This document shows, in pieces, positions 1 to 7,773 of a stretch of 20,000 bases of DNA (position 1 is the first letter of the stretch; every line of letters begins with the position of its first letter). Made by a program: the position numbers and the translations under genes. The notes below the pieces were generated by a model. That model saw only the letters and a list, made by a program, of their open reading frames with translations, ran no database searches and was not told the DNA's origin. The stretch is from an uncultured virus (IMG/VR IMGVR_UViG_3300008267_005860) (lineage: Duplodnaviria; Heunggongvirae; Uroviricota; Caudoviricetes): IMG/VR virus record IMGVR_UViG_3300008267_005860. One strand, written 5' to 3'.

Positions 1-765
1 GCTGGATTTGGCATGCCTAAAGGCCAGTTAACTACTGAAGCAGATGCTGTAGCAGAGCAACAGATTTCTTTTAACAAATGGAAAACTTTTGAAGAGCTGC
101 CGTTGGTAACTACAGGCTGTGACAGCTATGCCAGCTGGCATCCAGCATTTAAGGATTTAAGTCCTTACTATTCATTAGATGAATGTATAGGCAAAATGTT
201 AGATCTTACACCTAACAAACGCTGGACACAGGACAACGGTAATGATGTTCATTTAGTTATCACTGGCGGAGAGCCGTTGCTAGGATGGCAACAGTTATAT
301 ACTCCATTATTAAAGAATCCTCTTATGCAGGATCTATGGAATGTAACTTTTGAAACTAATGGCACTCAAAAGCTCTATGAGCAGTTAAAGGTATTCATTG
401 CATGGAATTGGAATGAGCATACAGGTAGAGAAGTTACCTTTAGTGTAAGTCCAAAATTAAGTGCCAGTGGTGAAGACTGGAATGATACTATTAAGCCTGA
501 AGTAATTATTGACTATCAGGAAGTGGGTTTTGTGTATCTTAAATTTGTAGTGTCTACACTAGAAGATTTAGAAGAAGTAGATCGTGCAGTTGGGGTTTAT
601 AGACGTGCAGGATTTAGAGGGCCTGTGTATCTTATGCCAGTAGGCGGAGTTGTCAGTGTCTATGACAACAATAGAATACACATTGCAGATGAAGCATTAA
701 AAAGAGGTTACTACTATAGTCCACGTTTACACGTTGACTTATGGGGTAACGGATGGGGGAAATAA
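1..765 (+). CDS. queE: 7-carboxy-7-deazaguanine synthase QueE-like radical SAM enzyme (5' end outside window)
   Basis: Frame is open from position 1 (AGFG then MPKG...). Motifs GCDS, ITGGEPLL, FETNGT, SVSPKL, LKFVV, VYLMP and C-terminal SPRLHVDLWG match the QueE/NrdG-like family. Confidence 0.8.
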   Translation, partial: AGFGMPKGQLTTEADAVAEQQISFNKWKTFEELPLVTTGCDSYASWHPAFKDLSPYYSLDECIGKMLDLTPNKRWTQDNGNDVHLVITGGEPLLGWQQLYTPLLKNPLMQDLWNVTFETNGTQKLYEQLKVFIAWNWNEHTGREVTFSVSPKLSASGEDWNDTIKPEVIIDYQEVGFVYLKFVVSTLEDLEEVDRAVGVYRRAGFRGPVYLMPVGGVVSVYDNNRIHIADEALKRGYYYSPRLHVDLWGNGWGK

Positions 766-1214
766 TGAAAAACTTATTAAGAAAAATATTTGGTCTTGAC
801 CAATTAGAAGAAGCTGTTGTCGTTGCTCGTCAAAAACTTGAAGAGGCAGAAAAATCTAAACAAGAAGTAGAAGCATCGCTTCAGAAAGCTCTTAAAGAAG
901 AAGAACTGGCTAAACTTACACCTAAAGAACGTGCTACTGCCAAAGGCGAACCTTGGGTGGCGGTGTTAGACACCCATGTAAACAAAGACAATATTCGCAA
1001 CGGCTTTTTTGAGCTTGACTGGAATGCAGAGTTTGTGTTACAATTGAAACAGGCTGGATACGGCTTTGACGGTGATCCAGATGAAGAAATTGTAGATCGT
1101 TGGTTTAGAGATTTGGCTAGAAACATTTTAGGTGAGGAAGGTCAAGACACTACTCGTGGCGCAGGATTTATAAATGTTATTCCAATTTCAAAAGGCAAAT
1201 CAGAGGTTTCATGA
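765..1214 (+). CDS. Hypothetical phage protein with N-terminal coiled coil
   Basis: ORF 753-1214. The ATG at 765 overlaps the queE stop (TAATG) and is the likelier start. An E/K/A-rich helical segment precedes a globular part (GFFELDWN...IVDRWF). Confidence 0.75.
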   Translation: MKNLLRKIFGLDQLEEAVVVARQKLEEAEKSKQEVEASLQKALKEEELAKLTPKERATAKGEPWVAVLDTHVNKDNIRNGFFELDWNAEFVLQLKQAGYGFDGDPDEEIVDRWFRDLARNILGEEGQDTTRGAGFINVIPISKGKSEVS

Positions 1215-2176
1215 CATATATTTTAGTAGACACAGCTAATACATTCTTTCGTGCTCGTCACGTTATTCGTGGTGATGCTGACATTAAGTTAGGCATGGCC
1301 TTACATATTACATTCAACAGTATTAAGAAAGCTTGGCAAGACTTTAATGGTAGTCATGTTGTGTTCTGTCTTGAAGGTCGGTCGTGGCGCAAAGACTACT
1401 ACAAGCCTTACAAAGCTAATCGAGCAGAAACTCGTGCGGCAATGACGGTTAAGGAACAAGAAGAAGATAAATTATTCTGGGAAACGTTTGATGCGTTCAA
1501 AGATTTTGTTATCAATAAGACTAACTCTACTGTACTTCAAAATTCAGTGTTAGAAGCAGATGATCTTATTGCTGGTTGGATTGCCGATCATCCCAATGAT
1601 GATCATGTGATTATCTCAACAGACAGCGACTTTCATCAGCTGATCGCACCTAATGTTAAGCAGTACAACGGTGTAGCAGAGACACTTACTACTATTGAAG
1701 GCATATTTGATAAGAAAGGCAAACTAGTAGTTGATACAAAAACTAAAGAGCCTAAAGACATTCCTAATCCAGAATGGATCTTATTTGAAAAATGTATGCG
1801 AGGCGATAGCAGTGATAACGTCTTTTCAGCATACCCTAAAGTACGTAAAAATAAATTACAAGAAGCATTTAACGATAGAACCAATAAAGGCTTCGCGTGG
1901 AACAACATGATGTTGCAACGTTGGGTCGACCACGAAGGTGAAGAACACCGTGTGCTCGACGACTATGAACGCAATCGTCGACTAATTGATTTAAAGCATC
2001 AACCGGATCATATTAAATCTATTATTAAAGAGACTATTACTGAAAATAGTAAAACTAAAACCGTTGATCAAGTAGGCATACGTCTTCTTAAGTTCTGTCA
2101 GCTATATGATATGAAAAGAATGATGGATAGTATTCAGCAATATGCAGAACCCCTACAGGCAAAATACAAGGAATAA
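1211..2176 (+). CDS. rnh: T4 RNase H-like 5'-3' exonuclease / flap endonuclease (PIN-like fold)
   Basis: Motifs ILVD, SWRKDYYKPYKANR, LEADDLI, IISTDSDFHQL, GDSSDNV and NRRLIDL are typical of the FEN/T4 RNase H family. ATGA overlap with the upstream gene. Confidence 0.88.
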   Translation: MTYILVDTANTFFRARHVIRGDADIKLGMALHITFNSIKKAWQDFNGSHVVFCLEGRSWRKDYYKPYKANRAETRAAMTVKEQEEDKLFWETFDAFKDFVINKTNSTVLQNSVLEADDLIAGWIADHPNDDHVIISTDSDFHQLIAPNVKQYNGVAETLTTIEGIFDKKGKLVVDTKTKEPKDIPNPEWILFEKCMRGDSSDNVFSAYPKVRKNKLQEAFNDRTNKGFAWNNMMLQRWVDHEGEEHRVLDDYERNRRLIDLKHQPDHIKSIIKETITENSKTKTVDQVGIRLLKFCQLYDMKRMMDSIQQYAEPLQAKYKE

Positions 2177-2180
2177 CACA

Positions 2181-2660
2181 ATGACAGAATTTCAAGCTAA
2201 ACCTATTGTAGATGGAAAATTTTGGATCGTTGAACAAAACGGTGAAAAGATCGGTACGCTATCTAAAAAAGAAAATAATAGATTTGTTTTGAGTAGCAAA
2301 GATGGTTCAAGTTTCTTTGGTAAAAAGGAAGAAATTATCAAAGCATTTGGTAAGGATTTTTTTCAAGCAAAGATTAAAACTACCATGAGTAACGAGGTAG
2401 TAAGAGATGTTTACAGTTATCCGACTAGCTGCCATCCTTACAATCCAATGTTTAATGTTCAAAAGAAGTTACCGTTGTTTACAAAGAGTCCGGATAGTAA
2501 AAGTCTTTACTGTGCAGGATACTATGTAATTAGATTTGATAAAGGCTGGGTTAAGAGCTTCTGTCCAAAGCTAATTACTATTGAACGTTACGAAAACAAA
2601 GGTCCGTTTAAAACAGAATTAGAAATGAAACAGGTGCTATCAAATGCCAGATCCGATTAA
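2181..2660 (+). CDS. Hypothetical phage protein
   Basis: ORF 2142-2660. Likely start is ATG 2181, after AAGGAA and just past the rnh stop. No family recognised. Confidence 0.72.
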   Translation: MTEFQAKPIVDGKFWIVEQNGEKIGTLSKKENNRFVLSSKDGSSFFGKKEEIIKAFGKDFFQAKIKTTMSNEVVRDVYSYPTSCHPYNPMFNVQKKLPLFTKSPDSKSLYCAGYYVIRFDKGWVKSFCPKLITIERYENKGPFKTELEMKQVLSNARSD

Positions 2661-2877
2661 TACTATTCCTATTCAGCAGTTTATACAGCAGGTAAAGGCC
2701 GCTGAACTAGGACAGCAACGTGAAATAAAGCTAGATATTAAAAATGCTAAACTATTGGCACTTTGTCTGGCAGAAGTAAGTGCTAAACTACTAGAAAATT
2801 ACGACGGATTACTGAATAAAATGCAGGCTGCTCAATCCGAGGAAATTGTAATTAAGCTAGACGGTGGCGGTCTATAA
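2644..2877 (+). CDS. Small hypothetical phage protein
   Basis: 77-aa ORF overlapping the upstream gene and filling the gap in the operon; ends in LDGGGL. Confidence 0.65.
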   Translation: MPDPINTIPIQQFIQQVKAAELGQQREIKLDIKNAKLLALCLAEVSAKLLENYDGLLNKMQAAQSEEIVIKLDGGGL

Positions 2878-2886
2878 CTAAAAACG

Positions 2887-2920
2887 GATAAATATATGCG
2901 TAGTTAAAAGGACGCATATA
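2887..2920 (+). promoter_or_regulatory. T4-late-like promoter element (GATAAATA) overlapping a 9-bp hairpin that contains the SD of the next gene
   Basis: GATAAATA at 2887-2894 is 7/8 to the T4 late consensus TATAAATA. Inverted repeat TATATGCGT (2893-2901) / ACGCATATA (2912-2920). AAGGA at 2908-2912; ATG at 2923. Confidence 0.5.
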
Positions 2921-2922
2921 AC

Positions 2923-3207
2923 ATGAGTAGGCCAAAACCAAAAGTTTTGCTCGAATATACAAATAAAAAAACGTATAAGACAGAACAAGTATTAGATTCA
3001 GAAGCTATATGGGCTGTGTTTTACAAAAATCAGCCATTTAATCTCAAAAGCTTTAATAGCCTCACCAGCTATCCTGGACCAAAATACAAAAAAGTAAGTT
3101 TCTCCAATCCTGGACATGCTATTAATCTAGCCAAGAAGCTGAATAGAATGTTTAACAGTGACGATTTCCAAGTGGTCAAACTGACTGCTGGTGAAATACT
3201 TAAATGA
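2923..3207 (+). CDS. Small basic hypothetical phage protein
   Basis: 94-aa Lys-rich ORF (MSRPKPKVLLE...) with an SD-like AAGGA upstream. Confidence 0.78.
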   Translation: MSRPKPKVLLEYTNKKTYKTEQVLDSEAIWAVFYKNQPFNLKSFNSLTSYPGPKYKKVSFSNPGHAINLAKKLNRMFNSDDFQVVKLTAGEILK

Positions 3208-3602
3208 TATCTAGAGAAACATTTACTAAAATTTTCCTTAAGGAGATGAGTCGTAGTACGGACGAAGCAAATGTACGGCTGCATCTTCACAAATGGTGGC
3301 AAAGTAAACGAACCAAAGAGGGTGGCGGGTTACGTTTAAGTTTAGAAGGCTACGAATTCATAGTGAGCGAACTAAATCTAAAAGAATACGAAATTCCATT
3401 TAACGAAAAAATTGAACTGAGTCCTCAAACTATAATATTTTTTGATCAGTTTTTGGACAGTCCTTATTTTTTAACCAATCAAAGTCTTACCGTTTTCAAC
3501 GAGAAAAAGGCATTTGAGCTATATATGTTTTCGGACGACATTCGAAAATACGGGCTAATCAAAGCTATAAACAATCAAAAAGATATCGCCCAAACTGACT
3601 AA
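3204..3602 (+). CDS. Hypothetical phage protein
   Basis: 132-aa ORF with ATGA overlap to the upstream gene; contains a GGLRLS.EG motif. Confidence 0.75.
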   Translation: MISRETFTKIFLKEMSRSTDEANVRLHLHKWWQSKRTKEGGGLRLSLEGYEFIVSELNLKEYEIPFNEKIELSPQTIIFFDQFLDSPYFLTNQSLTVFNEKKAFELYMFSDDIRKYGLIKAINNQKDIAQTD

Positions 3603-3618
3603 AAACTCCAAAAAGGCG

Positions 3619-3647
3619 TTGACAACTAGATGCAACGGCAGTATAAT
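3619..3647 (+). promoter_or_regulatory. Perfect sigma70-consensus promoter upstream of the AAA+ ATPase
   Basis: TTGACA 3619-3624, 17-bp spacer, TATAAT 3642-3647, A-tracts upstream (UP-like). SD AGGAG at 3691-3695 before ATG 3701. Confidence 0.88.
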
Positions 3648-3700
3648 AGATACATAGAACAGTTAGTTCTATAAAGTTTTTAACCTAACTAGGAGTTTTT

Positions 3701-4792
3701 ATGAGCGAGATTAGTTCACGTACCGTTGGCCCAAAGGCCGCAAAAAAGAGTCTGCGTCGTGCCTTTAAAGCCAATCGTCCGTTGTTCCTTTGGGGCCCCC
3801 CGGGTATTGGCAAGTCTGATATTGTCAAACAAATGGGCGAGGAACTCGACGCTCATGTAATTGATATCCGTTTGAGTCTTTGGGAACCCACTGACATTAA
3901 AGGTATCCCCTATTTTAATTCTGAGTCCAATCGTATGGAATGGGCTCCTCCTATCGAATTGCCAGATGCAGAGTTGGCAGCAAAACATGACAAGATCATT
4001 TTGTTCATGGACGAAATGAACTCTGCGGCTCCTGCTGTGCAGGCGGCGGCCTATCAGTTAGTGTTGAATCGTCGTGTTGGTACTTACCGCTTGCCTGACA
4101 ACGTGCTCATCGTTGCCGCAGGTAACCGTGAAACTGACAAAGGTGTTACTTATCGTATGCCTGCTCCGTTGGCTAACCGCTTTGTTCACTTGGAAATGAA
4201 AGTAGACTGGGAAGATTACTTCCAGTGGGCTACTGACAATCGTATCCACAAGGATGTTGTTGGCTTCCTTACTTTCAGCAAGAAAGACCTCTACGACTTT
4301 GACCCAAAGGCTGCTTCACGTGCCTTTGCTACTCCCCGTTCATGGACCTTTGTATCCGAGCTGTTGTTTGATGACGATGAAGACGAAGGCACTTTGACTG
4401 ACTTGGTAGCAGGTGCAGTTGGTGAAGGTCTTGCTGTTAAGTTCATGGCTCACCGCAAGATTGCAAGTAAGCTGCCTGATCCTACTCACATCTTAAAAGG
4501 CAAGGTAAAGAAGATGGACACTAAAGAAATTAGTGCCATGTACTCTTTGACTGTTAGCCTATGCTACGAATTGAAAGATTCTGCAGATAAGAATGCCAAA
4601 GATTGGAATGACCAAGTTAACTACTTCTTCGAATTTATGATGAATAACTTTGAAACTGAATTGGTTGTTATGGGTACTAAACTTGCACTTACTCAATATC
4701 AATTGCCTTTGGATCCAGATGAGATCAAATGCTTTGATGACTTCCATGCCAAATACGGTCGCTTCATTGCTGCCGCTACTGAAAAGCGTTAA
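3701..4792 (+). CDS. MoxR-like AAA+ ATPase (AAA_5 / dynein-related)
   Basis: Walker A GPPGIGKS, Walker B ILFMDE, sensor I AAGN, Arg finger LANRF, sensor II TPRSW; strong SD. Confidence 0.9.
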   Translation: MSEISSRTVGPKAAKKSLRRAFKANRPLFLWGPPGIGKSDIVKQMGEELDAHVIDIRLSLWEPTDIKGIPYFNSESNRMEWAPPIELPDAELAAKHDKIILFMDEMNSAAPAVQAAAYQLVLNRRVGTYRLPDNVLIVAAGNRETDKGVTYRMPAPLANRFVHLEMKVDWEDYFQWATDNRIHKDVVGFLTFSKKDLYDFDPKAASRAFATPRSWTFVSELLFDDDEDEGTLTDLVAGAVGEGLAVKFMAHRKIASKLPDPTHILKGKVKKMDTKEISAMYSLTVSLCYELKDSADKNAKDWNDQVNYFFEFMMNNFETELVVMGTKLALTQYQLPLDPDEIKCFDDFHAKYGRFIAAATEKR

Positions 4793-4809
4793 TTTGGTTG
4801 TGGTACCAT

Positions 4810-4838
4810 TTGACAGGACCTTCGGGTCCTGTTATAAT
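4810..4838 (+). promoter_or_regulatory. Perfect sigma70-consensus promoter upstream of the zincin-vWA gene
   Basis: TTGACA 4810-4815, 17-bp spacer, TATAAT 4833-4838. SD AGGAG at 4854-4858; ATG at 4865. Confidence 0.82.
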
Positions 4839-4840
4839 AT
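4813..4840 (+). terminator. cUUCGg-capped hairpin; possible weak intrinsic terminator or 3' stabiliser of the ATPase transcript
   Basis: ACAGGACC-TTCG-GGTCCTGT at 4813-4832 is a perfect 8-bp stem 20 nt after the stop codon. The tail is A/T-rich but not a clean U-tract. Confidence 0.5.
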
Positions 4841-4864
4841 ATACTGTATAAACAGGAGCAAATT

Positions 4865-6034
4865 ATGACTCAACTAGATCCAGTTATTGACAAAATTGTA
4901 GTAGCCCGTGTAGGACTGCTACTTCGTCATCCGTTCTTTGGCAACATGGCTACTCGTCTTAAAATTGAGGAAGCCAGTGATTGGTGTATGACTGCCGCTA
5001 CAGACGGACGCCACTTGTATTTTAATCGCGAGTTTTTTGAAAAGATGAGCGTTAAAGAAGTTGAGTTCGTAGTAGCTCATGAAATTCTTCACAATGTATT
5101 TGAGCATATGATGCGAGTTGAAGGACGCGATCCTCGCATTTGGAATGCGGCCGCAGATTATAGTGTTAACGGTACCCTTGTTCGTGATCGCATTGGCGAC
5201 AGTCCTAAAGGTATTAAAATTTTCCATGATCCTAAACACTATGGTAAAAGTACAGAACAGATCTATGACGAGATCTATAACGACTTGGACGAGCAAGAAC
5301 TTGCCGCACTGGGTCAACTGTTAGACGAACACATTGATTGGGAAAAAGACGGCAAGGATGGTCGCCCACAATACAGCAAAGATGAACTTAAAAAGATCCG
5401 TGACGAAATTAAAGAGCAGATGATGCAGGCTGCTCAGGCAGCGGGTGCAGGAAATACTCCTGCAGAGATCCAACGCATGATCCGCGAATTGACTGAGCCT
5501 AAAATGAATTGGCGTGAAATTCTTCGCCAGCAAATTCAAAGTACTATCAAGAATGACTATACCTTTATGCGTCCTAATCGTAAAGCATGGCACATGAATG
5601 CTATTTTGCCAGGCACTAACTACGATGAAACTATTGACATTTGTATTGCTATTGATATGAGTGGATCAATCGGCGATGACCAAGCTAAAGATTTTATTTC
5701 AGAAATCAAAGGCATTATGGACGAGTACAAAGACTATAAGATTAAACTGTGGTGCTTTGATACCAAAGTCTACAATGAACAAGACTTTGACGGCTACGGC
5801 GACGACATTATGGAATATGAAGTAATGGGCGGTGGTGGTACTGAATTTGATGCAAACTGGGACTATATGAAAGAGCACGATATCAGTCCTAAAAAGTTTA
5901 TCATGTTTACAGACGGTTATCCTTGGGGTAGCTGGGGTGATGAAAATTACTGTGATACTGTATTCATTATCCATGGCAATGATAAAATTGTACCGCCATT
6001 TGGCGCTTATGCCTACTACGAGTCAAAAAATTAA
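4865..6034 (+). CDS. Zincin-like metallopeptidase + vWA domain protein (DUF2201-like), MoxR partner
   Basis: N-terminal TAATDG and HEILH (HExxH), WN.A.D..VN; C-terminal MIDAS DMSGS, GGGGT.F and FTDGY. Adjacent to the MoxR ATPase. Confidence 0.88.
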   Translation: MTQLDPVIDKIVVARVGLLLRHPFFGNMATRLKIEEASDWCMTAATDGRHLYFNREFFEKMSVKEVEFVVAHEILHNVFEHMMRVEGRDPRIWNAAADYSVNGTLVRDRIGDSPKGIKIFHDPKHYGKSTEQIYDEIYNDLDEQELAALGQLLDEHIDWEKDGKDGRPQYSKDELKKIRDEIKEQMMQAAQAAGAGNTPAEIQRMIRELTEPKMNWREILRQQIQSTIKNDYTFMRPNRKAWHMNAILPGTNYDETIDICIAIDMSGSIGDDQAKDFISEIKGIMDEYKDYKIKLWCFDTKVYNEQDFDGYGDDIMEYEVMGGGGTEFDANWDYMKEHDISPKKFIMFTDGYPWGSWGDENYCDTVFIIHGNDKIVPPFGAYAYYESKN

Positions 6035-6312
6035 TGGCACTAAAAAACGGTAAAGTAAATCCACTTAATGCTCTGGGCTTGCGGAAGGTTAACTTCCCAG
6101 CCCATCATTTTCACTATACTGCACACAATAGATATACACCAACTGTTGTGAAGATGCTAGACACGTGGATATATCATAATCTTAACGGAAGATACTATGT
6201 AGGGCAATCAATTGACTTGATTGACAATACAATAGTATTCACTACTAAAGTTGGATTTGAGCAAGAAAAAGAACTCAGTTTTTTCAGACTTGCCTGTCCA
6301 CATTTAACTTAA
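6034..6312 (+). CDS. Hypothetical phage protein
   Basis: 92-aa ORF with TAATG overlap to the upstream stop. Confidence 0.72.
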   Translation: MALKNGKVNPLNALGLRKVNFPAHHFHYTAHNRYTPTVVKMLDTWIYHNLNGRYYVGQSIDLIDNTIVFTTKVGFEQEKELSFFRLACPHLT

Positions 6313-6354
6313 TAGATAAATTATAAGCATATATAATTGATGTAAGGAGATATC

Positions 6355-6567
6355 ATGACTGAAGAAGTTACTAATGTAGAAAACAATACACCAGCTGAGT
6401 CTGCACAACTGACACTCAATGATTTGGCAGCACTTAAAAGTATTATTGATGTTGCTTCGTCTAGAGGCGCATTTAAGCCAAATGAAATGGTTGCAGTTGG
6501 ACAAGCATACAATAAGCTAACCAGCTTTTTAGATACAATTTCTAAACAACCACAAGGAGTCAAATAA
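6355..6567 (+). CDS. Small helical hypothetical protein, paralog 1 (RGAFK family)
   Basis: Strong SD TAAGGAG upstream; clearly similar to the next ORF. Confidence 0.82.
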   Translation: MTEEVTNVENNTPAESAQLTLNDLAALKSIIDVASSRGAFKPNEMVAVGQAYNKLTSFLDTISKQPQGVK

Positions 6568-6803
6568 TGACTGACGAAGCTCAAGCAGTAGATCAAACTG
6601 AAGTACCACAAGCACCGGCTGCTAATCCAGAATTAACAATCTCTGATTTAGCCGCTATTAAAAATTTAATCGATGTAGTCACTACACGAGGTGCATTTAA
6701 AGGTGAAGAACTTTCCAGCGTAGGCGTTTTATACGACAAGCTCAACAAGTTTTTAACTGCCGTTCAAGCACAGGCACAGCAACAAACTGCTGAGTCAAAT
6801 TAA
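6567..6803 (+). CDS. Small helical hypothetical protein, paralog 2 (RGAFK family)
   Basis: SD AAGGAG and TAATG overlap. Shares LT..DLAA.K..IDV...RGAFK..E...VG..Y.KL..FL with paralog 1. Confidence 0.82.
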   Translation: MTDEAQAVDQTEVPQAPAANPELTISDLAAIKNLIDVVTTRGAFKGEELSSVGVLYDKLNKFLTAVQAQAQQQTAESN

Positions 6804-6812
6804 GGAGATATT

Positions 6813-7463
6813 ATGGTAGATCTTAAACACGTAGGTAGAATAAAAGCCACAGGAAGAAAATGTCTTGTAGCTTTTAGAACTTTACCCGGTGATGCATATC
6901 ACTGCCTAGTAGTACCAACAGAAAACTTACCTGATGATTATCACGATGCACTTATTCAATTAGTTGAATCTGCATCCGGGCAAAGTTCTAACGAATTTGC
7001 TGAAGTACTTTCTCGAGCCAAATTCTCAGACGGTAGTACTATGCTGCCTGCGTTACACACGCAAGGTCGTCTAGTTCGACTACCAACTGATGCAATCGAA
7101 ATGACACCTAACTTCCAAGCAAAGATTGGATTAGACGAGTTGAACGCAGTTATTGCTCAACAACGAGGCGTGGCTATTGATGATTTAGCAGTTAAAGAGC
7201 TTAACAGTAATAAGGTCGAAGTGTCTGAGATTGCCACAGTCAAGGATATATCCAACAACACTAGTAATGACAATGTCGCAAGAACAACATCTGCTAGCGT
7301 TACCCAAGATGAACAACCAGCAGTAAATGCTCTAAACGAAAATGCACCAGCCGAAGAAAAGGCAAAATTCTATCGAGGCAAGGCGGATAAATTGGCCAAA
7401 GAAGCAGCTCAATTTAGACGAATGGCCGAAGAACTTGTCCCCACTAAAAAGAAAAGTGCGTAA
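6813..7463 (+). CDS. Hypothetical phage protein (globular N-terminus, low-complexity linker, C-terminal helix)
   Basis: SD TAAGGAG overlapping the previous stop; 216-aa ORF. Confidence 0.8.
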   Translation: MVDLKHVGRIKATGRKCLVAFRTLPGDAYHCLVVPTENLPDDYHDALIQLVESASGQSSNEFAEVLSRAKFSDGSTMLPALHTQGRLVRLPTDAIEMTPNFQAKIGLDELNAVIAQQRGVAIDDLAVKELNSNKVEVSEIATVKDISNNTSNDNVARTTSASVTQDEQPAVNALNENAPAEEKAKFYRGKADKLAKEAAQFRRMAEELVPTKKKSA

Positions 7464-7773
7464 TGGGAAACCACTGCCCAAAGATGTAATAGATATATGG
7501 CCAGAAGTGTTTGGTGAGATTACATGTAATGTACTTCCACTGACATACTTGCATACTATAACTATTACATTTAAAAATGCAAAAGTTTGGGAAATAAGAG
7601 CTAATAAAATTATGACTGACGATTGGGATTCCTTTGAATCCCACATCAAAGAAATAATTAAAGAATACGAATCAAATATTGAAAATATAGATTTTCGGCT
7701 CGACACAGACAGAATTAAAAAAGACATTACTAGACATACTAAACGTTTTTTAAATAAAAGAAAGTTAAAATGA
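7456..7773 (+). CDS. Hypothetical phage protein (probable GTG start)
   Basis: ORF track gives 7342-7773. An in-frame GTG at 7456 reduces the overlap with the upstream gene to 8 nt. ATGA overlap with thyX. Confidence 0.65.
   Translation: MRNGKPLPKDVIDIWPEVFGEITCNVLPLTYLHTITITFKNAKVWEIRANKIMTDDWDSFESHIKEIIKEYESNIENIDFRLDTDRIKKDITRHTKRFLNKRKLK

Noticed and set aside
4844..4855. CTGT-ATAA-ACAG as a LexA/SOS box
   Set aside because: The gammaproteobacterial SOS box is CTGT-N8-ACAG; the spacer here is only 4 nt.
6309..6337. Possible promoter before the RGAFK paralogs (TTAATA-17-TATAAT, with GATAAATT nearby)
   Set aside because: The -35 match is only 4/6 in very AT-rich DNA and the late-like motif is imperfect, so it is too weak to call.
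7342..7455. ORF-track start at 7342 for the gene upstream of thyX
   Set aside because: It would overlap the previous gene by 122 bp. The in-frame GTG at 7456 is more parsimonious, and the ATG at 7463 is out of frame and closes after 8 codons.
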